A stretch of 63,989 bases of DNA, counting the filler, from Licmophora abbreviata (Eukaryota): the NCBI GenBank assembly GCA_900291995.1. It is 9 parts of 9 records of this genome, joined end to end, with 100 filler letters (N's around TTAATTAATTAA, not from the genome) between each part and the next. Parts side by side here need not be neighbours in the genome. Positions count along the whole stretch, not along the records: positions 3,410 to 15,877 come from OLMU01004657.1; positions 15,978 to 20,917 come from OLMU01004658.1; positions 21,018 to 24,081 come from OLMU01004659.1; 6 more parts are not named here. The stretch is one strand, 5' to 3'. Made by a program: the position numbers and the translations under genes. This document shows, in pieces, positions 9,010 through 21,181 of this stretch. How positions within the stretch are numbered: position 1 is the first letter of the stretch; every line of letters begins with the position of its first letter. The notes beneath the pieces were generated by a model. That model ran no database searches. It was not told where the DNA came from and saw only the letters and a program-made list of their open reading frames with translations.

Positions 9010-12000
9010 ATGAGCCATAAATTGGCAGGAGGCTCGCCCCATCACGATTTGTTCGAAGAATGGGATGATCGGCGTGGGCGATCTCCTAGTCGACAGTCGT
9101 CAAGGGATCGAAGCCACAGTGCTGAGGGCCGGGCTCGGCTTCCGTCGCCTGATATTCGCCGTGTCCAGTCCCACCAATCTCCCTTGCCCTTGCAAACCAG
9201 AGCAGCTCCACCCCCGCGACAATCACCATTTCAATACAACCTGCCCCCTTCGGAACCAATCTACCATGATATTGAGCAGGAACGGATGCGTCGGACTCGG
9301 TCCTTTTCACCTTCTCGCAGCGCTTCCGACTATGAAAAGCGAGCAGGGTTTGTCTATCCTTCACAGAGTGATCTTCCCCGGATATCTGAGCAGGTTCAAA
9401 CACAGGCTAGACTGGAACCGAAAGCTAAAGACGAATCTGCGATGATAATGTTTAGCGACGCGTTTGGAGAGTCAGGAAGCGTGCTAACTGGGTGGAGTGA
9501 ACAGGAGCTATTGCAGAAACAGAAAAAGGTAGAAAAACGTCGGGATAAGAGCAAGTATGGAAAGAAGAAGAAGAAAGAAAGAATACTGAACATGCCACCT
9601 TCACTCAAACGAATAGCTGAATCTCCGTCTTCTCAACATGCCGTCGAAGCGTCTCCATCTCGCAACAGAGGACGATACATCAAAAGTGGAGATGATTTCC
9701 CACCGAGTACAGGACAAAATGAAGATCAAGCTTTTGACGGAAAAACCACTCGTCGACGGGGTCTTATGTCGCGAATCCAGAAGAGGACCGTGCCGCTTGC
9801 CCCGGCGCAGGAAGGGAAACGAGAGAAATCTCGATGGAACCTGATGAGGTCCCGTTCGAGCGAGGAGCAGGACTCCACTCATAGCTCTCATGGTAGCAGT
9901 GGCGTACCGGAAGTTGACAACGATGTGCTGTACGCCTCGCTGCCAATCAATACCGCCGAGCCGAACGATACGCGGCACGCAATGCAGCAACAAGCCGAAC
10001 ACGAGTGGCGAAAGTCACAGGAAGAGGACGACGAGGAAGAAGAAGCGCCTCTTGCTCCAGGGGCTTTTCCAGTACGACCGTCGGACTTATCTGGACGTGT
10101 CAGATCTAAACCTGTCGAAAGACCCAGAGCTGGCGCCCAGGTGCGGTTTGGTGATGACATTGAACACTTTTACTCTCAAGATGAAATGGGCTTCACGACA
10201 AGCTTCGATATGGATGGATGGGTGATAGATCCCCTTGGCATCGATGAAGATCATGAATCGCCAGTCTCTATCATGGCTGCGGGGACGATCGGCGAGATGG
10301 CAATTCCTAATCGAGGGTCGGATACCGCTTCTACAGGGAGAAAGCACAAGACGTACCCGAAATCGAAATATCCAAAGTCAATCCTGAGGAACGGGCGTGC
10401 AAGCACCTTCACAGGAACAGAGGTTCTGTATGATGGCGTTTCCTTAAGAGACAGGGAAGAAGGTGCTCGATGGGACTCACCCTCTGCCGGGGCGGTGAAA
10501 TCTCGTGAAATTAGTCCCGCGATGTCGCCACAACGGGGATTGTCGCCTCGTGATGTCCAACTCGAATCGCTGTCACCTGACCGTTTCGAACCGAGTAACG
10601 AGGGAAAAGAACGGCACATTGAACACATATATGAGGTAGGCATGAATCTCATGAATCAATGGAACTGCGTGGTCTATCTTCCGGCGTCAGACATCTAACA
10701 CTCCGTTGTTCTCTTATCTTGTAGGACGATGATATATATTCCGATGCGGTCGACTTTATCGACGCCGTTGCATCGGTGGTGATTCAGACTGCAATCCGGC
10801 GTCACTTGGCGAAGATCGCAGTGGAAAAGAGGCGCGCTGAGTGCATGGCTGGCGAGAGTGTACAGCAGTTTGAAAACATGGCTGTGCACATGTTCGATCT
10901 AGCAGCGATTCAGATTCAGTCTACGTTCCGCGGCTGGTGGGTAAGAGACTGCCTCTCTGTTGATAGACTCTGTGCTACGCGAATCCAGAAAGCGTTCCGA
11001 GGCTACGCATGCAGGATGGCGTACCTCTACTCCCTGTATCGCATTATTCTGTTGCAGTCTTTGTGGAGATGTCGCGCCGCTTCACGAATTGTCGGTGAGC
11101 GTCTTTCGAACGTGATTGCGATCCAGGCTTTGTACCGTGGATACATAGCTCGCAGAGCAAGAGCAGGTCTGAGTGAAGACGAAGCGGCTGTTGTCATCCA
11201 GTCGACGTGGCGCATGTACGACGCACAGATGTATTATTTGAGTGACTTGGCTGCAGTCTTGATCGCGCAAAGTGTCTTTCGGCGTTGGGTCGTGAACAGA
11301 AGGGTTCTTCCGTACATGTATGCGAGGCCGATAGGGTCGTCTGATTGTCTAATATTGGATGAGCACAGTCGGAGTAGGGACGAAAAAGAAAAACCTTCGA
11401 TGTACCATGCTAGAGTCCGAGGCTCGCCATCGCCCAGTGCCCCCTTTGACGAGACGAAGAAGACTATGGCAGCGGGAGAGCATATCCAGACGGAGGCATC
11501 CGTGGAGAGCGCGCAAGTTGATCGAGTCCACACCAACAACGAAATGATTACGGCCGACATGGTTCATGCACGGCAGGAACGAGAAAAAGGAAAAGGGAAA
11601 ATGTCGATTCAAGCGGCCAACTTTTGGAAGAAGAAGGAAGCAACTTCCAAAGCCCCAGCTTTGGTCCCGAATTCAGCGAGAGGCACAAGGTATCAAAAGA
11701 GAGTTCCCATCCTGTGACATTGCTCGACAACGCATCGTCGGATACTCTCGGCGACCCACTTAGCCCTTTGAATGCGCTTGCCGACCGCCCCGCCCTGGTA
11801 AGCGGCGGGGGCGATTCTCAGCAAGACCAGCTGTCAGGGTCCACGCCTGTTGAACTCCCGCCTGCACCAAGCGCCTCGCCACACAAGGACCTCGCTAATG
11901 AAGTATTCGGGCAGACCAATCTTGCCAAGTCTGGCGACGTGAAGGTTCTACTTGATCCGGAAAAGGAAACATCAAAAATGTCAACCAATGCATCTAGTTT

Positions 12001-13252
12001 TTGGAACAATATGGCTAGAAAGAAGCAACCCGCCGATGAACCTGTTGTATTCGGCAAGGCGAGTCACACGTCAACGATTGCCAATTTGCAAAGCGAGAAT
12101 ATAAGGCAACCGAGTGCGGCACATTTAATAGTCCCTACTGAGCCGTCGGAAACACCGGAACCAGATGGACAACATGTATCTGTTTCGGAAGCGACTGGAC
12201 AGACTGCAGACAACTCGTCTTCGAAGGAAAGCATGTCCGCAGGCAAAGTTGAGCATCGTGGTGGCGGGAACACGTCCAGTGAAGCTGCCAAGTTCTGGAA
12301 AAACATGGCAAAGAAGAAAGCGTCGTCGCATCCGTCGTCATCGATGAGGGGAAAGATTCCGTCCTCGGAGAACAAGCCTGAGGTTGTTCGTGCCAAGGAG
12401 TGGTCTGAACGAGAAACTACCTCGGCCGCACACAATGAACGCGCAGTTTCAGATGCAAACGACGGGATAGGGACGTCTTTGGCGGAGGAAGGCGATCATC
12501 ATGGAGACACGCCGAGGACGAGAAAATCAGGAATGATCAAGGCCCTTATGACCGGGCCTACGTCGACGGAAGCTAGCGCCATCACCATTCCAGCAAAAGG
12601 TCAAGCTCTTGATGAGATACAGAGCTTCCGGCGTACTATGTCTTTTAATGAGAAGCCAGCTCAATCACCCGAGATTGTATCGGCCGAGATGCCGGCATTT
12701 CGAAGGAGCACTGATTCGCAACTGAATGATGTTTTTCGGGAAGGAGTCGACAACTCTGGCGCTGACTTGACTGGTGCTCAGTCATCGACACGTCCCATTC
12801 ACTTCAACGAAGAGAGAAACGCTTATTCTAGTGTTCTAAGTGAAGCGGGATCGGGAAGAGACGAAGACGAAAATACTGCCACCAGAGGACAGACACATGA
12901 CGACGGAGAACGTAGACCGGAGGACATAATTCCAGTAGCTGTGGGAGCTTCGAACGCATATTCAATACCCTCCCAACATTCGAAGCCGACTGGCTCTGCA
13001 ACTGTCCCCGTTGTCGAGTGTGAAGCTTCAACTCCTCAAGAAGGGCACTCAACCGAACAGACAACTGATAGAGCCGTAGGGTCAACTGAGAATGAGGACA
13101 AGGCCAACTCCGAGCTGAGTAGTATCGGGAAACAGATCGAAAGTACTTCGACGCCGCCCGCAGAAAAAATGCTACCTCAAAGCAAAGACCGACGGAACAC
13201 GGATATGATGTCGAAGCTGATGGCGATTAAAGCCATGCAAGAGTCGGACTGA
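9010..13252 (+). CDS. Large, mostly disordered IQ-motif (calmodulin-binding) protein. Intron 10636-10724; frame change near 11690-11763 (putative intron).
   Basis: Phase-0 intron with CTAAC branch point joins ORF 9010 to the IQ exon (IQTAIRRH, IQSTFRGW, IQKAFRGY, IQALYRGY, IQSTWRMY). The downstream ORF shares the repeated motif AxxFW(K/N)xxxKK with the IQ exon. Confidence 0.7.
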
Positions 13253-13545
13253 TCGCTCTTGCAACACTATACTGGGACCAGGAAACGTAGCATCACGAAT
13301 AAAGGAAATAGATCAGACTTTTCAAAGTTGAGTGCCTACCATATGCATACTGACAAGGAACGAAAGTCCGATTAGCGTTTGTTGATAAAGCTCGCGCCTT
13401 TTGCACCCGCGCGCCATCGCATCATTCGCCGCATCACGCATCGCACATGATCCGCCGCGGGCTGACGACGATCACACAATATGCTGATGTTGAAGGGGCA
13501 TGTGTATGGCGTTGGAGAGCAATGAGAAATACAGCTTAGTTAAAC

Positions 13546-15747
13546 ATGGCGCTCACTAGATTCGTCGTAAGGTATTCAGCATCTACTGGGTTGCGAATAA
13601 TTCGACGGCGCAATACTTTTTGGATACGAATGATGTCAAGTGATTTGCTCGGAGCCACAAGATTCAAAACGACACCTGCGGTGTTGCAAGAGGACGAACG
13701 ACCGATCTCCGTCCTGACGGATCGGGATTTGATGGACAAGATTCCACTAGAGGATGTGCGGAACTTCTGTTTTATCGCCCACGTCGACCATGGCAAGAGC
13801 TCCCTAGCTTCTCGCGTCTTGGAACTGACTGGGAATTTAGGCGTTGATGACCAATTAGTGGCTCAGTATGCTGCAAACACCAGTGATCCCGACAATACGA
13901 CCAGACAAGAAGATTCGAAGGGGAAGGAACAAATTGAGCTTCTAGATACTTTGGCTGTTGAGAAGGAACGGGGCATCACCGTCAAAGCGTCGGCTGCCAC
14001 CATGCTATATCGACACCCGTCCGCGGTTGGACCCGAGGGCGTTCTGCTTCTCAACATGGTCGACACGCCTGGGCATTCCGATTTCGGCAATGAAGTTACA
14101 CGATCACTTAGCTTTGTCCAAGGGGCGGTGCTCCTCTTGGACGCCACGCAGGGTATTCAAGCGCAAACATGGAGTGTATACGACAAGGCCAAGTCACTGG
14201 AAAACCCACCCGAGCTTCTTCTGGCACTCACCAAGGTTGATCTGGATGCAGCTCGTCCAATTCATGTTGCGTTGACCGTGTCAGAATGGCTAAACTGGGA
14301 CGATCCTGATGCTATTATTCATACAAGTGCCAGAAACAGAGTCGGTGTAAAAGAGGTGCTGGACGCAGTGTGTAGACTCGTACCATCGCCAAAGCCTCTA
14401 GACGATGATGACGGGAACACACTCCGAGCGCAGGTGGTTGACTCTTGGTATGACAGTCGAGGTGTGAATTGCCTTGTACAGATTGTGTCGGGGGTGCTGT
14501 CGGAAGGCGATCGTATCTCGATCGCTGCCTCGGGACCATCGTCGTCCAGTCCGTCGTTCTCTGTCCAGGAGGTCGGTATCGTTTTGCCGAAAGCGACTCG
14601 TACCGGTGGCCTCTCTCGCGGCCAAATGGGCTACGTCCGTTTCGGGCTTCGAGATCCACGCCAAGCGCAGCCGGGCACTATCTTAATTTACAACAAAGAT
14701 GAAGGAAGGGTCATGACTCTGCCTTCGCTTCCTGACTCTTCGACGTCGAAATCGGTCTTGTACGCTTCGGTTCATCCCATGGAACGTGATGGATTCGATG
14801 ACTTATCGCACGCGGTGGATAAGCTGGCTCTCAACGATACTGGTCTGGAAGTCAGCATGACGGCTTCGCTTAGTGGTACTGCGGGGGGCGAAGGTGGTGG
14901 CCCGTTCCTTGGCCCTGGCCTGCGGGTTGGGTTTCAAGGGTTGTTGCACGTTGAGGTATTTCGACAGCGTTTGAAGGACGAGTTTGGCTTGGAAGCGATA
15001 GTCACACCACCGAAAGTGCCTTATAATATCACATTCTTGCCGGGAAAGAAGTCGCAGGTTAAGGAGGAGTACACAGAGGTAGTGGAAGATTTGGCACTCT
15101 GGCCAGAACCTGGAATTCGGTTCAGAGTGCAGGAACCAGTAGTACAAGTGCGTGTCATGGCTCCCGTGGACTACGCTGGGAATGTGATGGAGCTGATCAA
15201 ACGCAAACGTGGAACTGAACTTGAGAGTAAGCCTGTTGACGAAGACACGTGGTTATTTGAATCGCGGATGCCATGGGGCGAAGTTGTGACGGACTTTCAC
15301 GACGAACTGAAAAACTCGACGGCTGGGTTCGGCAGCTTGGATACGTCAGAAGCAGACCCGCCATTACAAGAAGCCAATCTGAGCAAAGTGGACATAATGC
15401 TAAATGCAGAAGTGGTTGAGCCCCTCGCATTCGTGTGTCACAAGGATTTCGCACAGACTGAAGCGCGTACAGTGTGCAAGAAGTTACAGGAGGTTCTACC
15501 ACGTCAACAATTCGTGACGGTTATCCAGGCAAAGGCCGACGGTCGAATCATTGCAAGCGAGCGCATCAGAGCATTTCGAAAGGATGTCCTTACGACTGGA
15601 GGCAGCAAGTCAGTGGGTGGTGGAGATATCTCACGAAAGAAGAAGTTGCTCGAAAAGCAGAAGAAGGGCAAGAAACGACAGCAGACAACAGGTCGAGTGG
15701 CACTGTCGCAGGCCGCTTTCAACAGCGTAATAACTCGTTCTTCATAA
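13546..15747 (+). CDS. GUF1: Translation factor GUF1/LepA (EF-4), probably mitochondrial
   Basis: Motifs RNFCFIAHVDHGKS, ERGITVK, DTPGH, GFQGLLHVEVFRQRL and GGDISRKKKLLEKQKKGKKR; Arg-rich N-terminal presequence. Confidence 0.95.
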   Translation: MALTRFVVRYSASTGLRIIRRRNTFWIRMMSSDLLGATRFKTTPAVLQEDERPISVLTDRDLMDKIPLEDVRNFCFIAHVDHGKSSLASRVLELTGNLGVDDQLVAQYAANTSDPDNTTRQEDSKGKEQIELLDTLAVEKERGITVKASAATMLYRHPSAVGPEGVLLLNMVDTPGHSDFGNEVTRSLSFVQGAVLLLDATQGIQAQTWSVYDKAKSLENPPELLLALTKVDLDAARPIHVALTVSEWLNWDDPDAIIHTSARNRVGVKEVLDAVCRLVPSPKPLDDDDGNTLRAQVVDSWYDSRGVNCLVQIVSGVLSEGDRISIAASGPSSSSPSFSVQEVGIVLPKATRTGGLSRGQMGYVRFGLRDPRQAQPGTILIYNKDEGRVMTLPSLPDSSTSKSVLYASVHPMERDGFDDLSHAVDKLALNDTGLEVSMTASLSGTAGGEGGGPFLGPGLRVGFQGLLHVEVFRQRLKDEFGLEAIVTPPKVPYNITFLPGKKSQVKEEYTEVVEDLALWPEPGIRFRVQEPVVQVRVMAPVDYAGNVMELIKRKRGTELESKPVDEDTWLFESRMPWGEVVTDFHDELKNSTAGFGSLDTSEADPPLQEANLSKVDIMLNAEVVEPLAFVCHKDFAQTEARTVCKKLQEVLPRQQFVTVIQAKADGRIIASERIRAFRKDVLTTGGSKSVGGGDISRKKKLLEKQKKGKKRQQTTGRVALSQAAFNSVITRSS

Positions 15748-15814
15748 TATAGATAGAGAACCCGTGAAAGCTGACGTTTCCGTCAAAACCTGTTTTATGA
15801 TGTTGATCCATAAC

Positions 15815-16060
15815 TTTCGCGCCGCTTCAGGTTGAATCTGAAAGCACCAAGTCGACATGCGCGTGAACATGAGTTTGNNNNNNNNNNNNNNNNNNNNNNN
15901 NNNNNNNNNNNNNNNNNNNNNTTAATTAATTAANNNNNNNNNNNNNNNNNNNNNNNNNNNNNNNNNNNNNNNNNNNNCATGAGTTTGAATGAGATGCTCA
16001 ATGCCCGGCAGCCATCGATCGGCGCGCGCGAGACGCGGCTTTGCCTGAAATCTTTGGCGC
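15815..16060 (+). promoter_or_regulatory. E2F-consensus sites upstream of NDC1
   Basis: TTTCGCGC at 15815-15822 and TTTGGCGC at 16053-16060 match TTTSSCGC. Confidence 0.35.
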
Positions 16061-16169
16061 GGCGCCGATGTGACCATGACGAAGGTCGACGACGTGTCGG
16101 CGGAAAACGACGAGCAAAGAGGAAAGAACCATTCAGTAAAGAGAGTGACGAAAGAGCTAGTCTATCTTC

Positions 16170-18297
16170 ATGATGAAAGAGACCGGCACGTCGCTATGCG
16201 AAGTCGTTGCACTGATGGCGGCATGTCGCCGTTTGATCGTCGTCTCTGTCGGACCTCCTCTTGTCGTGGTCGCCATTCCATGGTTCCTTGAGATCTATGT
16301 ATGGCTCATGAACGGGATAACAGCAGGGCATGGGATCCTCTGCTCGATGCTGACTCTCGTACTCACGTATCTTGGTATAGACGCCATCCGACGCTACGCC
16401 CCGACCCCAAAGCAGTGCGACGACGCGTTCGAGCAGTCCAAGATCATCCTCCCGATTCTGAGTTTTGTTCTGGCGCGTACGCTTACTTTTATTATTGCGG
16501 AATGGAGAGCACTCGACACCATACTCATGTTCACACCGAGCTTCCACGCTGCTGTCACCTTTCGTGTCTCCGCGTGCATGCTGCTACTCAACGTGGCGGT
16601 GGTCCTTCGCTTTGTTGGCTCGGTGTCTGTTGGTAAGTCGCTTGCAGATCGCTGGTCTTGTATTGCCCCGAACGGCGTCATAACAGTGACACAGCTTGGT
16701 CTCTCCTCTCACATTCGCGGTTTCGTACTACACAGTCCGCTGCTCTTCGGTCCCGCTTAGATCGCATCCAATGACTTCTTCCATTGTTTCATTCTTGACG
16801 GCGTTCACGTCAATCCACGCCTTTGTTGATCTCATTGCCAAGCCAAGCGACGCACATGGAACACTCCTTGAATCGTCCTTCGCAGCGGAGCAGTACGGGG
16901 GACTTCGACGATACCAGCGAGCATCTAATGCGGCCTATGTGGCACAGTATTTGGTTTCCATCGCGATCGGAACACTCGTAGCGATCGTCGCTCCTTTACG
17001 AGCAGCAGAGGACGAAGCGAGCATCTTGACCCTGTTCCGTTTCGCGTCTTGCATTTCTGCTGTTGTGATAAGCCTGTCGCTTACGTCCTTGGATGGGGTC
17101 TCCCATGAACTTGATCCGAAGGAGTACATGGCTGGTTTCTGGGGCGCCGGCAAGTCGGAGCTGCCCTTTCCCGAACAGAAAACTCTTGTCGTCTCAAGCT
17201 CCATGATTGTTGCACTGTCTGTCGCATCGACGTACCTCGCGCGTGACAACTCAGTTCCACTGACGAGTTCAATGTGCGATATTGCGTCCGCCTTGGTTCA
17301 TCTCGCTGCTCCTTTCTTCATCTTCGTCTACTTGTTCTTTGTGGAGGAGGCAGCGCGGCGGATGCTCTGTGTGCCGAACGTGAGTTTGAAGAGCCTCCTC
17401 ATGGCACTTTCGGAAGACACTTCGCTTGAGACGCGCTTGGAAGTCGCTCTTTACAGCTTACTTTATGGTGACGAGTCGCTTCTACGATCGGTGTCTACAC
17501 GAACGGAAAAGCCTGGCATGGCGTACGTCGAGGTTGAAGAAGTCAACAAGAGCGAACAATGTAAAGATCACATGGCTCGTATCCTACTTGGTATGGATTG
17601 GCACCACCTGGTACGTAGATCGCAACTTGAGCTCGACATGCTACGCGTGTATCTTTTGCAATCGATCGGAGGGAACGACGCTGTCATTGCAAGTAAGGCC
17701 GTCGGAGAATGGATCAATCCTCACCCGACCATGAGTGTCAGCTCTGCCGCTCTCGAGCCTGCAGCCGTCCCTTTGCTTCGAGCACTATGTTCTTATGCCG
17801 GGGGATTGGGCAAGGCTCTGTCGCTATGTTCGCTGCCCACGAATCATCCGCGCCGACTGGAATTCGAAGACTCTTCAACTGCCTTCTCTACGTGGTATCT
17901 ACCTCCTGGTGCTCGAGCCTGCGGAGAATGGGCTGTTTTGGGCGCCGCGCGTCTGCTGGTCTCCAGCCTTACCTCGTCCAAGGTAGCAGTTGCGGATTGG
18001 AAAGCCAGCTCTCTTGCAATTCTTATCCCGACGGTGCTGCAGACTTTTCACACCTTGCGAGAAGGAGTTTTGAATTACATCCTCGCAGGAAAGACAGAAG
18101 TGTCAAGCGCGGATGGCGACATCGATTTTGATCTTCTCGTAGCCGACAAGAAGAAACTTCGTCCGCTCTTTGTGGCATGTGATACGGCAGCTCTAATGAT
18201 TATTGATTCTATCCACTCGCACGAGGGATCACGTACGCTCAAGGTTCCCGTTCACCCCGACTGTCGGCAGTGGCTCGATGGGCTAACGTCTCGATGA
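16170..18297 (+). CDS. NDC1: Transmembrane nucleoporin NDC1-like, intron 16633-16735
   Basis: Several N-terminal TM segments. C-terminal WAVLGAARLLVSSL...IPTVLQTFHTLREGV resembles the Ndc1 C-terminal signature. A phase-1 GTAAGT..CACAG intron joins the two ORFs. Confidence 0.6.
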
Positions 18298-18420
18298 AAT
18301 GGGGAAATGGAAGAGTGGCAGCCTAGTAAAAATACAAGAATTACAAGTCTATAGAACAACCGATTGGCAATCGAGTAGAATCTGTTAGTCGAGTGCATGC
18401 GAAACCACTGAAACAAGGGC

Positions 18421-20585
18421 TTATGACCGCACAATCGGGATGTAGACGCAAGCCGAAACAATGGCGCAGCTTGATATCGTCAACAGCGCATAGTAGTATG
18501 GTTTTGCATGGTACGGGTGTTCCACTCCAATATCAACAATCTCTTTCGCCATTGAGGATACTGTTGACAAGCTGCCAGCAAAACCCACCTTCAATCCACG
18601 CAGCAGAGGAGTCGCCCATTGGCTATCTGTGTTGGCGAAGTAGCGTGTGTTGATAGCGGTAACTAGCACGGAAACAATGCTCCTAGCACATTCGCCGTAA
18701 AGGTGCCCCATTCTATCCACTGAAATAATTTCCAGCCATCACTTGACATTGGCAGTCTTCCCGTCCACGTTATGAGTTTCCACCTCAGAATCACTCCTGC
18801 TGGCGAAAGCAGTGCCGACAGCCACATCGTTCGGTAGAAATGATTGTCCATGACTGCGTCTGCCACTGCGTATAGGATCCACAGACACACCAGCAAGACA
18901 AAGGGTAGCTTAGCGCTTCCAAAAATCTTTTGTACGCTTCGGAACCACTTCATATCACGACCCCAGGACGGAAAGACAATAATCGATCCACTCAGTGGCG
19001 GTGCATTCGCGTCGCCCTCGCTTCTAAGATCCTCTCGGACGAGATTACGTGACAGAGGTGTGCTTTCTCGGCCCTCATCCACAACAACTAAAGGTTCCGT
19101 CTGATAGGCATGGACCTGTCGCTCCTTCATAGCAGGATTCTTCCATCGGTTCAACCAAATGGATACTTGCGTTCCGAACGTGAAACTACCAACGGCGGTC
19201 AAAAGACCCAATACATAGCCACACAGCGCCGGTATGATTTGGGGACCAAGTTCTGTATCTGTTCCATCCATCATGACAATCATCTGGGTATTCCAAGATG
19301 AAAATGATGTCAGTGCTCCACAGAAACCTGTTTTCAGTGCAACGTGCAGAGCATCGTTCGATTGCAACGGATGATCCGCTCGAAACCATGGCAGAGCCGG
19401 CCATAAATCTCGCTCCAAGTTTGACATCAGCCCCATGATAAAACATCCGATCATATTGGGAGGAAGCGATAAGAATAGTGCGCCTCCGGTTTGTTCAGTT
19501 GTTCCGCTCGCAGTCACACAAATGTTCCGAAACAGAGGAGAAAAAATGTCGTTGACGGCCCCATTGTCTTCACAGTCCAATCCGAAAAATCGTTCAGAGT
19601 ATAAGCGGAAAGACATTCCAAAAATAGCGAAGGTAGACAAGTACATTATATATCGGCCCTGCTGTCGCAGAAGTATTCCACTGTCGCCTTCGTGGGACGA
19701 CGAAACATCCGTGTGGTGTTGACGTTCGTCGTCGTCGCTCACGTCGATCCTAGTTCGCCGTCGCGTTACTGACGGGGACAGAGCCATCTGCCGAGTTTTC
19801 TCTGCATCTGATTCATCCATGTATGACATATCAGCGTTCGATGGAGAAGCCTCTGTGTGTGTCCCGCGAAACGAGTTTGCTCGAAAGACGCTAGCTCGAT
19901 TCGGTCTCGTTGGGGAAGCAGCTTGCAAGGCCTGGGAAAATCGACGAAGATCCACCGCTTTCTCCCTCAGTATTTTATTATCTGGACTCTGATTTGTGGC
20001 TGGCAGTGACAGTTGCCGCTGAAGAGCATAGGGAGGCTTGGACAAGCTTGGAGACCCTGATGATGAATTCGTTTGAGGCTGAGCAATCCATTTATCATTC
20101 TCGCGTTCAAGAGAAGAAACTGAATCTTCACGAGGGGTCAAAGGAGAAGAAATCATTGCCGATGGAGTAGAGTAGACGCGTCGCATGGGTACCGGTGCAG
20201 GGATGACCTGTGGATCGTTTTGGATCAAAATTGGGGTAGGCCGCATCGTCCCTACAGAAGAAGGACTCGGGCGAGGTCTTAAACGCGGAGAGTGTATCTC
20301 TCTAAGCTCATCCTCTTCCTCGCTGAGATCGAAATCAACAGAAATAGTTGGCTCAATAAACTTGAGAATCGGCAGTGCCGGACCTTGACGGTCTGTAGAT
20401 TGTTTAGTCAAAACGGTCCGATGTTCCTGATGACTAGAGACAGAATTAGAAGGTTCTGTAGCCGCCGTTTCGTCGAACGCAGCGATCCTCAGCGGGGAGG
20501 TTTCTTCCGATGTGTCGCTGTACACGAGATTGACGTTGTTGGAGCTGAAGGAGCGTCGAGAGCTGTTTTCCGTTGGCGATTCCAT
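18421..20585 (-). CDS. FEX: Fluoride exporter FEX (two fused CrcB/Fluc domains) with a 1-nt frameshift near 18681
   Basis: Domain 1 has PNMIGCFIMGL and KTGFCGALTSFSSW. Domain 2 has GTFTANVLG and KVGFAGSLSTVSS, split between two reading frames. Confidence 0.85.
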
Positions 20586-20819
20586 CTTCTTTTCTCCTTC
20601 ATCACCTTCTTTGGTAGTGTGTGGTGGGGTGCGTCTTTTTGTGGCGCTCTCGTCCCGGAGTGAGTGGTCAGGCGTCTGCTGGACGAAGCGGCACTCAACG
20701 CTCTAAAAACAATATGTCAATATGTTATACATGCTTACGCGTATGAATACCCCTATCTGCTTTTAGCCAAATAATTGACGTCACTACGAACAGGTTAGAT
20801 CGCGCCATTCGGAAACGAC

Positions 20820-21102
20820 AAACACAATCTCATGTTATCAGTTACTACGATCACGGATCATGGCATCACGGCGCGGCGAAGCGTCGAGATCTCCATCATC
20901 ATACAGCATCAGCGGAGNNNNNNNNNNNNNNNNNNNNNNNNNNNNNNNNNNNNNNNNNNNNTTAATTAATTAANNNNNNNNNNNNNNNNNNNNNNNNNNN
21001 NNNNNNNNNNNNNNNNNAAACACAATCTCATGTTATCACGGATCATGGCATCACGGCGCGGCGAAGCGTCGAGATCTCCATCATCATACAGCATCAGCGG
21101 AG
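20820..21102. repeat. Duplicated sequence on both sides of a scaffold gap (98 bp vs 85 bp copies)
   Basis: 20820-20917 equals 21018-21102 except for 13 extra bases (GTTACTACGATCA, 20841-20853) in the left copy. Confidence 0.95.
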
Positions 21103-21181
21103 CGAACCCGATGTTTGGCGTTATTGAAGTTGCAAGGGCCGGTATCTGTCTTCACTCGTCACTCGTGAATCGGCTGCTACA

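Noticed and set aside
16600..16760. Apparent frameshift in the NDC1-like gene
   Set aside because: Explained by a phase-compatible GT-AG intron at 16633-16735.
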